Origin: an uncultured Nitrososphaerota archaeon
GTDB lineage: Archaea > Thermoproteota > Nitrososphaeria > Nitrososphaerales > CADDZS01
Length of the DNA: 64,000 bases
Direction of reading: 5' to 3'
Assembly: GCA_963799845.1 (NCBI GenBank)
Contig: CAWCYI010000006.1
Coordinates: 672,001-736,000 of the forward strand
Positions 30,086 through 41,055 of the stretch are shown in pieces. The notes under the pieces were generated by a model. It searched no databases and was not told the DNA's origin. It was given only the letters and a program-made list of their open reading frames with translations. The number at the start of each line of letters is the position of its first letter. Within the stretch, counting starts at the first letter, position 1. The translations under genes were made by a program, and so were the position numbers.

Positions 30086-30884
30086 CTAACTCTTGATTAG
30101 CTCCGGAACTTTGCGCAGACTTTCAATCTCGCGAACTATCCGTTTTTCCGGTATTTTGAAATCTCTGGGAATGTGCTCGCCAGGATTCATGTATTGGGCA
30201 TATTTGTGCCAAAGCCCGGTGTATAGCGCCGAGTGCATTCCGACGGAGACTGCACCAACCACGTCTGCCTTGAACAGGTCGCCGACGTGCAGTGTCTCGT
30301 GAGGCTCGACCGAGAGCTCGTTCATTGCAGCGTGAAAGATCTCCCTGGCCGGCTTTAGGTAACCGACCTCGCAGGAAATGGTGAGAGCGTCAAAGTACTC
30401 TCCAATTCCATAGGAATTCAACATCCTTCGGTATGTTCTCGAGGATCTCGCCGCGTTGGAAATGAGCCCGATCTTGATTCCCTCCTGCTTCAATTTTTTC
30501 AGGACTGGCTTTGCCTCTGTGTTGACATGAGGGTATTTTCCATAATAGCCGGAGTCAGACATTATTCTTCCGGCCTGCTTCTCGAGACTCGATGTTTCAT
30601 TTCTGGGAAACTTGATTCCTAGAAGCTCGAACAAGATCCGGCCTCGATCTTCCGGGGATACATCCCTGCCGCTATCATAGATCTTGTTCACATTGACGCT
30701 CAGTTGCTCCATGGCGAGACGAATAGAATTGAAATCGATCCGCTTGTCAGCTCCTTCCTTTCGAGCTGACTCGGTTAACAAACTTGTGAAAGTTCAGGAG
30801 TCGGCGGAGCCTCCTATACTCTTCCAACTCCTTAGAGTCCCAGATTAGAGTGAGCCATAAATCAAAAGTTACGGCACGAATCAG
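30086..30884 (-). CDS. HAD-superfamily hydrolase (frameshift ~30770)
   Basis: Motif I AVTFDLWLTL in the upstream frame; ISNA, KPAREIF and HVGDLFKADV. Confidence 0.85.
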
Positions 30885-30940
30885 ACTGCGGCCACTTCCG
30901 CGTCGCAGTTTGATCTCTAACGATATGAACTTCTCTCTTT

Positions 30941-30975
30941 GAAATTAAAGAGAGGGGAATCGCTCCCCGCTCCTT
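30941..30975 (-). terminator. putative hairpin terminator after the ESCRT-III gene
   Basis: Minus strand reads GGGGA-GCGAT-TCCCC followed by TCTCTTTAATTT. Confidence 0.35.
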
Positions 30976-30983
30976 TTCACTAG

Positions 30984-31631
30984 CTAAATGGTCGAGTTCG
31001 AGTCCGTATTGTTCAGGGCCGCGTCGGGAATATCTGGAAGAGACGAAGCCATCTTGGTCTCGGCGACGACCGATGCCTCAGCCAGGATCTTTTCTGCTTC
31101 CTCGCCATTTGACTCGAAGCTCATCGACATGCCCGGGACTGATCCGACGTCGAGCATCAATCCCTGAAGGCCGGTAGAGATCTCCGAGAGCGTGTCGTTT
31201 GCTGATGGCATCACCTTCTGGAGGCTTGTCCTGACAGTTCTAACGACCTGCCCCACTGGAGCGATCACGTTTGCGAGGTCGCCAAAGTCAGTGATTGTCT
31301 TCAATCGCATCTGGACTTGTTCCAGACAGAGTCGAGCACTCTGGACGAGCTTCATTGCCTTGCGATGCTCCGACAGCTCGTTGGCATATGCCTGAGCCAT
31401 CGTCGTGTCGTGTTTTTGGAACGCGACGCTTGTCTTGTTGAATAAGACCTTCTCCTTCTCGGTCATCTTCGTTATCGTTTTGTCAAGTTTCGAAATCTGA
31501 GAGGTCAGGGATCTGTCAGTGTCAACTAGTTTCTTCCTGAGATCGCCCGGCGGATTCATTGCATCCTTGAGCTTGCTCTGAACGTTTTCCTTGTCCCTGT
31601 TCATCTGCCATCTGTCGGTGAATTCTGTCAA
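30984..31631 (-). CDS. cdvB: ESCRT-III / CdvB family protein (Snf7-like)
   Basis: Coiled-coil core with AYANELSEHRK, LEQVQMRLKTITDFGD and EEAEKILAEA; exact paralog uncertain. Confidence 0.88.
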   Translation of the reverse strand: MTEFTDRWQMNRDKENVQSKLKDAMNPPGDLRKKLVDTDRSLTSQISKLDKTITKMTEKEKVLFNKTSVAFQKHDTTMAQAYANELSEHRKAMKLVQSARLCLEQVQMRLKTITDFGDLANVIAPVGQVVRTVRTSLQKVMPSANDTLSEISTGLQGLMLDVGSVPGMSMSFESNGEEAEKILAEASVVAETKMASSLPDIPDAALNNTDSNSTI

Positions 31632-31808
31632 TTTCTTATTCTCTCTCTTTGTTAGATAGCACTAAAATCCGGATTACGATGATGCTAGTTTACTCCAATT
31701 CCATTATACTCCGGAGAGTTACGGACAATAGATCTTTAGATTAATTCAAGTTGACAACCTACGTTAGGACGATTGAGAGAATGTCAACTAACCTACGACA
31801 TGAAATTG

Positions 31809-33344
31809 TCAACTTGTACGCTGCGGCGTTTTCGTGTCGACGCTTGATTTTCGAGTCAATCTCGACATTTTCAGCACCTTGCTTCCAAACAAGGTCGGAA
31901 CTATGGCAGTCGTGTTGATCGCCCCCAGCCAGATGTATGTTGACTTTAGACTCTCGACGAAAAGCTCTCTGTTGGCGGATGAAATCGTCGTCACGTTAGA
32001 GGCAATTAGCGAGCTCACAGTTTGGTACGGAAGAGTTAGCGACATCAAGACTATCGCAAGGTTAAGGCTGATCGTGTATCCTACGTTCCACGCCGTCGTC
32101 CTGATCGCTGATGCAATGCCTCTCCTATTTGCCGGCGCAGCCCCCATAACGGAGCTCATGTTTGGAGACGCAAATAATCCCACCCCCGCGCCGAACATTG
32201 ACATGTAAATTACAGCGTAGAAGTACGATGTACCGGTGCCCAGTGTAGAGAAGAGAAACAGCGCCAGGCTTTGGATAACAAGGCCGGGGATAGTAAATTG
32301 AATCTGTCCAAACCTGTCGGACAATTTTCCGCTCAGGGGCCCGGTCAGGAGAAACGCAATTTCGAAGGGAAGAATGCGGATGCCGGCCTGGAACGGATCC
32401 ATACCCAGACCAACTTGGAAATAGAGGCTCAGCATGAGCAAAAGTGCACCCCAGGCGATTGCATTTATCATGACTGCAATCGATCCTCCCGTAAATTCGG
32501 GAATCCGAAGAAGGCTGAGATCCAGAAGAGGATATTCTATCCTTGACTCCTGATAAACAAAAAGGGCAAGGGAGAGAGCCGAGATTACGAAAAAGAGTAA
32601 AACAATATCAATGCTCGACAATCCGTACGCGGCGTAAGTTAGGGCAATCAGGAGTCCCGAAATCGATGTCGTTATCAAGGCGAATCCGATCCAGTCCATC
32701 GGTGCTCCCAAATCGAGCTTGGCGATTTCTTTCAGCTTCCCGTGAGACCAATAGGTTCCGAAGATTCCGATCGGGACGTTTATCAGAAAAAGGAACCTCC
32801 AATCGAGGAATGAGAGGATGATGCCGCTTACCGTCAGTCCGGCAATCGATCCGGCCCTGAAAGCTATCTGATTTAGCCCGACGGCAAATCCAAGCTCGCT
32901 TCGCGGAGTTGCGTCTGTGATCAATGTCGCACTTACGATCGTCAGGAACGCAGAACCGAATCCCTGGACTCCACGGAACAATACCACCTGGTCGGGCGTC
33001 TGCGATAATCCGGTCAAGAGCGAACCAATTGTAAAGATTGCAAATCCGATGTTGTAAATGCGAACGCGGCCGATGATGTCAGCTGTTCTGCCGATCATCA
33101 GGACGGCGATGGTAGCTCCGAAAACATACGCCTGAGTAAACCAGATAGCCTGTTCAGCGTCTGCATGTAGGGCGAAGGCAACCTCGGGCAACCCAACAAT
33201 GACTATTCTCGAATCGATTCCGGACATCAGGATGCCGACCGTTGTCACGAGCAATACCGTCCATTTGTACTGCAATTCTTTTCGGCGACTACCTCTTTCC
33301 CATTTCGTAAATAATTCGACGCGAGCTGCTGCTGGAAAGCTCAT
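31809..33344 (-). CDS. MFS transporter, DHA2 (EmrB/QacA-like)
   Basis: ~14 TM; GRTADIIGR, WRFLFLINVPIG and GKLSDRFG. Confidence 0.9.
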   Translation of the reverse strand: MSFPAAARVELFTKWERGSRRKELQYKWTVLLVTTVGILMSGIDSRIVIVGLPEVAFALHADAEQAIWFTQAYVFGATIAVLMIGRTADIIGRVRIYNIGFAIFTIGSLLTGLSQTPDQVVLFRGVQGFGSAFLTIVSATLITDATPRSELGFAVGLNQIAFRAGSIAGLTVSGIILSFLDWRFLFLINVPIGIFGTYWSHGKLKEIAKLDLGAPMDWIGFALITTSISGLLIALTYAAYGLSSIDIVLLFFVISALSLALFVYQESRIEYPLLDLSLLRIPEFTGGSIAVMINAIAWGALLLMLSLYFQVGLGMDPFQAGIRILPFEIAFLLTGPLSGKLSDRFGQIQFTIPGLVIQSLALFLFSTLGTGTSYFYAVIYMSMFGAGVGLFASPNMSSVMGAAPANRRGIASAIRTTAWNVGYTISLNLAIVLMSLTLPYQTVSSLIASNVTTISSANRELFVESLKSTYIWLGAINTTAIVPTLFGSKVLKMSRLTRKSSVDTKTPQRTS

Positions 33345-33529
33345 TCCCCGAGCTCATTGATTTTCCTCGGCTCGCAAAAATCGATTTAATTTTAGATCAA
33401 AATATTAAAGGTTTAAGCAAATCGCTTTTCATTAATTATTAGACGCGCAAAAATTATTTTCTTCTTACTAATTTTCAAATTTCGTACTTCTTATACTTTA
33501 GCAGATTTTTGGTTCACTCAAGGTAAAAC

Positions 33530-33778
33530 ATGGCAGAACCCAAAGAATGGAAAGATCTGTTCGAAGACCCTACCAGATACACTAGAATCATCAGCAGACT
33601 CGACAATCTCAATATGGTCATACTGAATTATCAACATGAGTTTCACGAGCGGGAACTCTACTACGACATTGACCATGACATTGAGAGGATGTTACTCATC
33701 CTCGTGAGTATGGAGAACAAAGTGCAAGCTCAATTCATCGACCAACTCAAATCCAAACTGGAAGCGAAACAGCCATGA
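33530..33778 (+). CDS. hypothetical protein
   Basis: ATG ORF after an AT-rich promoter-like stretch; ATGA overlap with the next ORF. Confidence 0.6.
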   Translation: MAEPKEWKDLFEDPTRYTRIISRLDNLNMVILNYQHEFHERELYYDIDHDIERMLLILVSMENKVQAQFIDQLKSKLEAKQP

Positions 33779-34077
33779 GCGACGATGAATACTCACCCGA
33801 TGAAACTGTCCAAAGAATGCGAATGTGGAAGGGTGCTCTAGTGGACAGCAAAAGGCTGTACTTCGAGATCGCAGATGTATTGGATGGTGCATTAGAACAG
33901 TCATCGACTCCTTACTAGATCTACTTCGCAATTCTGTCCGTAAAACAAGGTGCCGAGAAGGCATTAGAGAGACGCGGTTTTACAACAGAGCAGCCTGAAA
34001 TGATGCAGAAGTTCATCAATGGAAATGGCAAGCTCATAGATGGGGAACTCATAATGTCTCTTCACGACGATGAATAA
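33775..34077 (+). pseudogene. 100-codon hypothetical gene with an internal TAG (33916)
   Basis: MSDDEYSP...SSTPY*IYFAILSVKQGAEKALERRG...HDDE continues in frame after the stop. Confidence 0.45.
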
Positions 34078-34105
34078 CAATCATAACTGCTGAGGAAGCA
34101 AGAGT

Positions 34106-34343
34106 ATGACCGAACTCATTCACGATCAACGTGAGAGTCTTAAGGCTCCTTCACGCGAAACACGGTTAGGCAATTCTTAACGTACAGAAAGAACTCGACG
34201 AGATTCGTACTGCTCATTTTGGACTGTCATCAACCGAAAGAGCAGCTGTCCTCGAACAAGTGTCAAGTTTCACTTGACGACTTGCCCAGCTTGAAAGGGA
34301 GTTTGAGGAAATGGCGAAGGAAAGTCACCGCTTCAGGCTCTGA
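34106..34343 (+). pseudogene. decayed coiled-coil ORF
   Basis: AILNVQKELDEIR...SSFT*RLAQLEREFEEMAKE with an internal stop and a frameshift. Confidence 0.3.
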
Positions 34344-34354
34344 AGACCTCTAGA

Positions 34355-34594
34355 ATGTGTGTGATTACAAGTGACCTAAACACATTGATGATACTTCTGT
34401 GGCTTGCTAAACCATGGTCACTAAAAGACGAAAATCTTTCTTCGGGCATCGAACAATTATCCACTCGATTCCGAACGAAGCTTATAGAATTCGGAGTCCC
34501 TCTAGAGTGTGTTGAAAAGCTATCATCCTCGGAATTGGTTCGAGTTCCAATCTCAGAATGGGAGAGGATGATCTCGTCACACTTGCACGAATGA
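34355..34594 (+). CDS. hypothetical protein
   Basis: 79-aa ORF co-oriented with the small-gene cluster. Confidence 0.35.
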   Translation: MCVITSDLNTLMILLWLAKPWSLKDENLSSGIEQLSTRFRTKLIEFGVPLECVEKLSSSELVRVPISEWERMISSHLHE

Positions 34595-34692
34595 TTAGGT
34601 TAGTTAGAGCACGTCTGCTCCCGTATTTTTTGGGACGGCAGTTAAGTCAGCCCTTATGCATACGGTCGCGTATTGAATCCAAGAGTTTACAG

Positions 34693-35740
34693 CTACGAAT
34701 GTTCGCTCTGTTGAGTTTTATCAGGAGCTTTGCCGAAACCCTCACTCACGCCTTCGGTCTTTTCCTTGAAGTGACACGCGACGAGGTGACCCGGCGACAA
34801 TTCTTCGAGCGGAGGATCGACCCGCGTGCATACTTCCTCCGCGTAGGGGCACCTCGGATTGAACCTGCACCCACTGGGCGGGTTAATCGCGCTCGGGACC
34901 TCTCCCTTGATCTCGATGTTAAGCAGATTTCTCTTCCACGGATTTGCGATCGGGGCCGCCTGCATGAGCGTAATCGTATATGGGTGTCTCGGCTTTGCCA
35001 TCACGGTCTTCGTCGGTCCGTACTCGACCAGGTGGCCAGCATACATAACGGCGACAATGTCGGAAAGATACTGCGCGACAGCAATGTTGTGAGTGATCAA
35101 CATGTACGAAAGCCCGAAGCGAGTCTGAAGCTCGATGAGCAGTCGGAGGATCTGAGCTTGGACGGAAGCATCCAGCGCGCTGGTCGGCTCGTCCAGTATC
35201 ACCAGTTTAGGTGACGGTGCGATGGCCCTTGCTATCAGCTACTCTTTGCCTCTGACCTCCACTGAGCTGCTTGGGGATGCGATAAGCCTGCTCCTCGGAC
35301 AAGCCAACGGCCTGGAGGCTCTTCATTACCATGTCGTCTACCCTGTCTCTACTTCCGCCGATAAGACCGCGAATTGGTTCGCCGACCGTGTCTGCGATAG
35401 TCCTTCGGGGGTCGAGCGACGAGTCCGGGTCCTGGAAGACTATCTGCATGTTCCTGTAGACTTCTTTTCGATTTACCTTCTGCAAATCCTGACCTTCAAA
35501 CAAAACCTGCCCCGAAGTAGGCGCGAGTAGCTGCGCGACGGTGCGGGCGAGCGTGGTCTTCCCGCAACCAGATTCGCCCACAACCGCGATCGTTTTGCCA
35601 CGCGGAATTCTAATCGAAACTCCGTCGACTGCTTTCACAAACCTGCGCTCGACCCTGCTGAAAGGATTTAGCGTACGACGGAGCTGAAAATACTTCTTGA
35701 GGTCCTTAGTTACCAGAAGGCCGTCGTGTTCAGTTTCCAT
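34693..35740 (-). CDS. oppF: oligopeptide ABC ATPase, OppF/DppF type (frameshifted ~35205-35240)
   Basis: GESGCGKT, LSGGQRQR, LDEPTSALD and PSGCRFNPRCP. Confidence 0.9.
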
Positions 35741-36797
35741 ATAGAAAACACGACACCCTGTGTCCAGGACTGACCTCAATGAGTTTTGGCGGCCTCGTTC
35801 GACAGATCTCCATGACGGACGGACACCTGTCAGCGTAGCGGCATCCTATCGGTGGATTGACCAGATCCGGGACCGACCCCGCAATAGGCTTCAGGTCAGT
35901 ATCGTCCTTGGATCCGCTCGGAATGCAAGAGAGCAGCCCCTCCGTGTACGGATGGAGAGGCTTTGAGAAAAGATCGAAAACTCCTGCATCCTCTACAACA
36001 TCGCCCGCGTACATTACAACGACCCTGTCCGCCACCTGACTTGCAACGGCCAGATCATGAGTTATGAGAACGATACTGGTATTGACCTCGGTGATCAGCT
36101 CTTTCATCAGTTTCAAGACCTGGGCCTGGGTGGTCACATCGAGCGCCGTTGTCGGCTCGTCCGCGACCAGAATGGCCGGTCTTTGCGAGAGCGCCATTGC
36201 GATCATAACTCTCTGACGCATTCCGCCGGAGAGCTCAAACGGATATCTCTCCAGCACCTGCTCCGGGTCCGCGATCCTTACGAGCTTTAGGGCGTTCATC
36301 GCTTCCGTCTTGAGTTCTTTGGTCAATTTTCTCCTTCTCATGCGCATTCCTCTGGACGTGGTGATACCGTCGGTTCTGTAGACCTTCTGCATGACCTCGG
36401 ACTCTGTTGTAACATCAATTCCTGCGGTCCTGCTCTCCCTGATCAAGATAGCTTCGGCGATCTGGTCACCTATTCGGTGGACGGGGTTGAGGCTCGTGAG
36501 CGGCTCCTGGAAGATCATAGCGATCTCTGTACCGCGATAATTCCTAAGCTTCTTGTTGTCAAGCTTGACGAGGTCTGTACCCTTGTAGACGATCGATCCT
36601 TCAAGGACTTTTGCAGGAGGACTCGAGAGCAGTCCGATCATAGAAAGCGCGAGAGTTGACTTGCCGCAGCCTGACTCGCCGACCACGGCAAGAAACTCCC
36701 TTTCGCCGATGTCAAGATTAACTCCGTTTAGGGCGACTAATCGCCAATCGCGAAACTCGTACGCGATCCTCAGATCGTCGATCTTGATGACGCTCAG
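35730..36797 (-). CDS. oppD: oligopeptide ABC ATPase, OppD/DppD type (apparent CTG start)
   Basis: GESGCGKS, LSGGMRQR and ADEPTTALD; C-terminal half of the apparent 659-aa ORF. Confidence 0.9.
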   Translation of the reverse strand: MSVIKIDDLRIAYEFRDWRLVALNGVNLDIGEREFLAVVGESGCGKSTLALSMIGLLSSPPAKVLEGSIVYKGTDLVKLDNKKLRNYRGTEIAMIFQEPLTSLNPVHRIGDQIAEAILIRESRTAGIDVTTESEVMQKVYRTDGITTSRGMRMRRRKLTKELKTEAMNALKLVRIADPEQVLERYPFELSGGMRQRVMIAMALSQRPAILVADEPTTALDVTTQAQVLKLMKELITEVNTSIVLITHDLAVASQVADRVVVMYAGDVVEDAGVFDLFSKPLHPYTEGLLSCIPSGSKDDTDLKPIAGSVPDLVNPPIGCRYADRCPSVMEICRTRPPKLIEVSPGHRVSCFLYGN

Positions 36798-37709
36798 GCC
36801 GAAGCCCCCTCCAGAGCATCCCGGAATCCATCGCCGAATAAGGCGAATCCAATCGCTCCCAGCGCTATTACCAGTCCCGGTACAAGCGGAAGAAATGGCT
36901 TTGTGATCAGATAGTCTTGGTAGTTGCTCACCATGTATCCCCAGTCGGGCGCCGGAGGCGGGATGGAAAGTCCCAGATAGCTGAAGACCGGCGTAAAAGA
37001 GCACGACTGTGCCCAAATCCAGAGTAGCGTACACCACGAGCGTCAGAAAAATATTGGGTATGACATGTCTCAAGACAATTCTCGCTGTACCGAAGCCAGA
37101 TGTCCTCGCTGCCTCGACGTAATTCTGATGGGCTACTTTCAGCGTTTCTCCTCGCGAAAGTCTGGCATAAGCCGGCCACCACACTATCATGAGCGCAAGC
37201 GCGATCGTCAGAATGCCCGGCCCGAGCCTTGCGACGATTGCGATAGCGAGTATCAGAGCAGGGATCGCGAAGAAGATATCTGTAGTTCTCATCAACGCTT
37301 CGTCAAATAGACCGCCACGGAATCCTGCAAAGCATCCCACAGTAATTCCGACAGTCAGAGCTACGCCGACGACCGCAAATCCTATCGAAAACCCATTGGG
37401 AGTGCCGGCAAGAATTCTGCTGAAAACGTCCCTTCCATACTGATCCGTTCCGAAGAGGTATTTCAGCGAGGGAGAGACTAGCGCGGGCCCCACGTTTTGC
37501 TGTATTGGATTGTATGGCGTAATTGGAATCTTTAGGGCGTCAGCTATTGCCACGATAACCGATACTATCACGAAGAAGACAACGATCCCGCCACCGATCA
37601 TCATCTCCTTGTTCCGGTGAATTCTAAGCCCGCCGGTGATGAACCCAATCGGCCCGACACCTTTTCGGGTAGAGCGTTTATTGGACGATGGTTTTTCTTG
37701 CGAGGTCAT
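36794..37709 (-). CDS. oppC: oligopeptide ABC permease, OppC type (frameshift ~36982)
   Basis: FGTDQYGRD and EAA loop; the shifted frame gives SYLGLSIPPPAPDWG...GDGFRDALEGASA* ending at 36794. Confidence 0.88.
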
Positions 37710-37713
37710 TTGT

Positions 37714-38732
37714 TTAGCTGTACCTGATCTGTGGATCCACCACGACGTAAAGAACGTCCGCGACTAAATTGGTTAGGACGATCAGTAGTGCGAAGATGAG
37801 GGTGGTCGCCAGTATTCCGGGATAGTCCTGAGCCAAAAGAGCCTCAACTACATATTGTCCCATCCCTGGATATCCAAAGATAGTTTCAACGAAGACCGTT
37901 CCAGTGAGGAGATAAGTGACCACCAGAGAGGAAACCGTCACTACGGGTATCAAGGCGTTTTGTAAACCGTGATTCAAAAAAACAGTCCTCTCATCCGCGC
38001 CCTTGGCCGGGCCGTTCGAATGAAATTGGAATGCATGACGTCTAGAACGGAGCTTCTAAGAATTCTCGTTACGACCCCAAACGTGGTAAGCCCTAAAGTG
38101 AGACTAGGCAAAATCACGTGCTCCAGAGCACTTGAAAGGTACGTAAAATTCCCCCGGAGTAATGCATCTAGCATGGGTATTCCGGTGATAGCTTTGGGCG
38201 TAACGAGAGAGATGGCGGCGGCGCCGCCGCTCGGCAGGAGATGAAAAACGTAAACGAAGATTATCAAAAGCAGCAATCCGATAAAAAAAGGCGGCGAGGA
38301 ATATCCTCCAAGGTAAAATGCTCTAATGCCTGCATCGATCGGTTTTTTGTGGTAGTATGAGGCGATTATCCCGAAAACGAACCCAAACAAGAGCGTTAGA
38401 ATGATTGCAAAAAACGCAATCTGGAGGGTGTATGGTAAAGTCTGCTCAATTACCGTCGTTACTGGAGCGAACCCCCGGGAAGGAGAAACACCGAGATTTC
38501 CCTGAGCTAGCCCGATGACATAGTAATAGAATTGAACGTATATCGGATCGGCGAGATGAAACTTCTTCTCATAAATTAACACCAACGCAGGATGGAAAGC
38601 CGCGCCTTTTCCCAGCCACGCATAGATCGGATTACCAAAACTGTGGGATATGATGAAAGTTATAACGAGTACTCCAAGAAGGACGAATACCGCGAGCCCT
38701 AGTCTTCTCGCGATAAAAGGGCCTATCTCCAA
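37714..38732 (-). CDS. oppB: oligopeptide ABC permease, OppB type (frameshift ~38000)
   Basis: FIRTAR, NALIP, VETIFGYPGMG and DPQIR. Confidence 0.88.
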
Positions 38733-38930
38733 CGACGCACCGACTCTGGCAGACCGAGATTTATCGATTTACGAACTAAATCCATTACGGAATTACTCAG
38801 TTTTACGAAAATCCTATTCACACCTTTGTCTGCAGCCAATTCCCGATCGGTATTTTCACCGCTCGGATTACACAAGTCCAGTCAGGCCGTTCCCAGGGAG
38901 TAAAAAGACCGGGCGCCCTTTGAATGAAGG

Positions 38931-40943
38931 TTACTGTCCGTTTACGAACTGAATAGTGTTGAAGATGGCTGTCGCGGACTGGCCGCTAAAGACCGCGTCC
39001 GGAAGGAAGCTCTTGATGATGTGGTTGTTGTAGACTAAGGATCCGCTACCTAGGAAAAGTCTCACTGAGCCGAGCCAGACATATGGAACATCGTTAGCAA
39101 CACGAGCTTGCATGGCGGTGCAATCGGCGGTCAACTGGGACTGAGACGCTCCATCGGTAAGGTCGTTAACGCAGGTTTGGGTAACGGGATTTGAGTAAAT
39201 CGCCCAGTTACCTCCCGCCGTATCGTTTGCTATCCAGGTGAGCAACGAATCTGCCGGCGTCGGCTCATCCGGTGCGAACGTTGCCGTTCCAAACCACGTA
39301 ATCTGAGCGATACTCTGCGACTGGTTCAACATCACTGGGAAGGTGGTACCGCCCCCGATGTACGGGGGTGCGTACTGCGATGGTGGCGTAACGATGATAC
39401 TAACAGGAATCCCTACGTTTGAAAGATCACTTTGGACGATTGTTGAAACCGTCGAACATACTCCGCATCCCTGAATGTAACGGAATTGCAGAGGTTGCAA
39501 CGTTGCAAGGTCAACGCCGCTCGCACTTAATTCCTGTTTCGCCAGCGTCGCGTTAAACTGGTATGGTGGAATGTTGCCCAAATCGTAAAGCTGCTTGAAT
39601 GCCGGATAGACGGGACCCATCATAGGAGTTGCGCCTCCTCCTTGGCTTCCAAGAAGGGCCTCACTGTCGATCGCGCTGTAATTAATCGCATGGGCTATCG
39701 CCTGTCTGAAGGACGTAATGTTAGTCGGATAGCGTTGAGTGTTCAGCGCCAAGGCGATAATGTTGGCAGAGGAACTTGGCATGGTGAAATAGGAGTACTG
39801 CGAGTTGTTCACTACGTTAGACCAATCTTGAGCTAAAATCGCGGCAATATCTGCCGCTCCGGATGTTAGATCGACATATCTCGTGACATCATCGCCCTTA
39901 ACGCTGATAACCACGTTCTGAACGTGGCCGGGATCCATGTACGGGTTTGTAGCAAGCTGTGCAGCAGTCCAATTTTTCGCCCAGTAATTCGGATTCTGAG
40001 TAAATTGTACTTCGGAGTTCATCACTACATTAGTTACCGTGTATGGACCCGTGCCGGGAATGGGAGCAGCGTTGAAATTCGGGTTGTAAGCAGCTGGCGT
40101 ACCAAAGCCACCATTATTTAGCACGTACTGCGTGTCGAAAATCAGGCCCTGGAACTGAACCCAGACCAGAGGGAAGTATAGAAATGGAGCTTTCAGATTG
40201 AAGATAAGCGTGTAAGGTCCGCTAACGTAAATCGGCCATGAACTGTTTGTCATGATGCTCATTAACTGTGAGTTCGGATTGACGAGACCGCTCTGACTCA
40301 TGAGCGCGAGGGTAGCAGGGCCAAAATCCGCATTGTTCATATTGAATACTGTGTAACCCGACGCCCAGCCAGATGCGTTGCCTGTAAGATAGTACAATCC
40401 GTACATCTGACCCCAGACCTGGTATGAATTGAAAGGATCACCATTGGAGAAATTAACGCCCTGTCGCAGATTGAAAGTCCAGGTAGTCCCGTTCGCAGCT
40501 TCAGTCCAGCTGGATGCGAGTCCGGGCTCGGGTGTGACTGTTCCGTTGGAATACATCTCATTACCGTTAACAGAAACGAGAGGCTGGTAAACCGTGAAAT
40601 CAAGCCAGTTGGGATAAGGTACTTCCGAGGGCGAGGTTAATTGATTGAGGTTTTGAGCTGGCGAGATCTCGTCATCAATTGCGAGCGTGGTAATCTTTCC
40701 TGCGACACTACTCTGTGAGCTTGTACTCGTCACTGGGGACGATGAAGAGGTTGTCGCCACGGAGGACGAGGTGGTTGTGCTTGGTGGTGATGTACTCGAC
40801 GTAGTTGGCGTAGTTGTACTGGTTGTGCTCGATCTAGTCGCGAGATACGCCCCCGCAGCCGCGATAACCAGAATGACAATAATTACAACAACGATAATCG
40901 CTCGTCCAATTCCCATCCTTTTCTCAGATACGGATTGCATCAA
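38931..40943 (-). CDS. family 5 extracellular solute-binding protein (OppA/DppA-like)
   Basis: N-terminal TM anchor, Ser/Thr linker, WTFNLRQGVNFSNG and GTGPY. Confidence 0.9.
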   Translation of the reverse strand: MMQSVSEKRMGIGRAIIVVVIIVILVIAAAGAYLATRSSTTSTTTPTTSSTSPPSTTTSSSVATTSSSSPVTSTSSQSSVAGKITTLAIDDEISPAQNLNQLTSPSEVPYPNWLDFTVYQPLVSVNGNEMYSNGTVTPEPGLASSWTEAANGTTWTFNLRQGVNFSNGDPFNSYQVWGQMYGLYYLTGNASGWASGYTVFNMNNADFGPATLALMSQSGLVNPNSQLMSIMTNSSWPIYVSGPYTLIFNLKAPFLYFPLVWVQFQGLIFDTQYVLNNGGFGTPAAYNPNFNAAPIPGTGPYTVTNVVMNSEVQFTQNPNYWAKNWTAAQLATNPYMDPGHVQNVVISVKGDDVTRYVDLTSGAADIAAILAQDWSNVVNNSQYSYFTMPSSSANIIALALNTQRYPTNITSFRQAIAHAINYSAIDSEALLGSQGGGATPMMGPVYPAFKQLYDLGNIPPYQFNATLAKQELSASGVDLATLQPLQFRYIQGCGVCSTVSTIVQSDLSNVGIPVSIIVTPPSQYAPPYIGGGTTFPVMLNQSQSIAQITWFGTATFAPDEPTPADSLLTWIANDTAGGNWAIYSNPVTQTCVNDLTDGASQSQLTADCTAMQARVANDVPYVWLGSVRLFLGSGSLVYNNHIIKSFLPDAVFSGQSATAIFNTIQFVNGQ

Positions 40944-41055
40944 AGCTAAACCAAAAGCGTGCAGTATAAAATCTTAGTGCTTGATCGTGAATTCACAATC
41001 GCAAGTTTACTTCGTTGTCAGCGCATTGACAGGACGTTTTCAGGCCTCGTCAAAG

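Noticed and set aside
33320-33365. Possible third copy of the AGCT element
   Set aside because: Only three AGCT motifs at 13-14-bp spacing and no alignable core
34558-35214. Long antisense ORFs (34558-35214, 45170-45913, 60405-60872 and similar)
   Set aside because: Shadows or alternative frames of well-supported genes, with no motifs of their own
35730-37709. Apparent 659-aa permease-ATPase fusion
   Set aside because: A frameshift at ~36982 moves oppC into the oppD frame; the natural OppC C-terminus and stop (36794) exist in the adjacent frame
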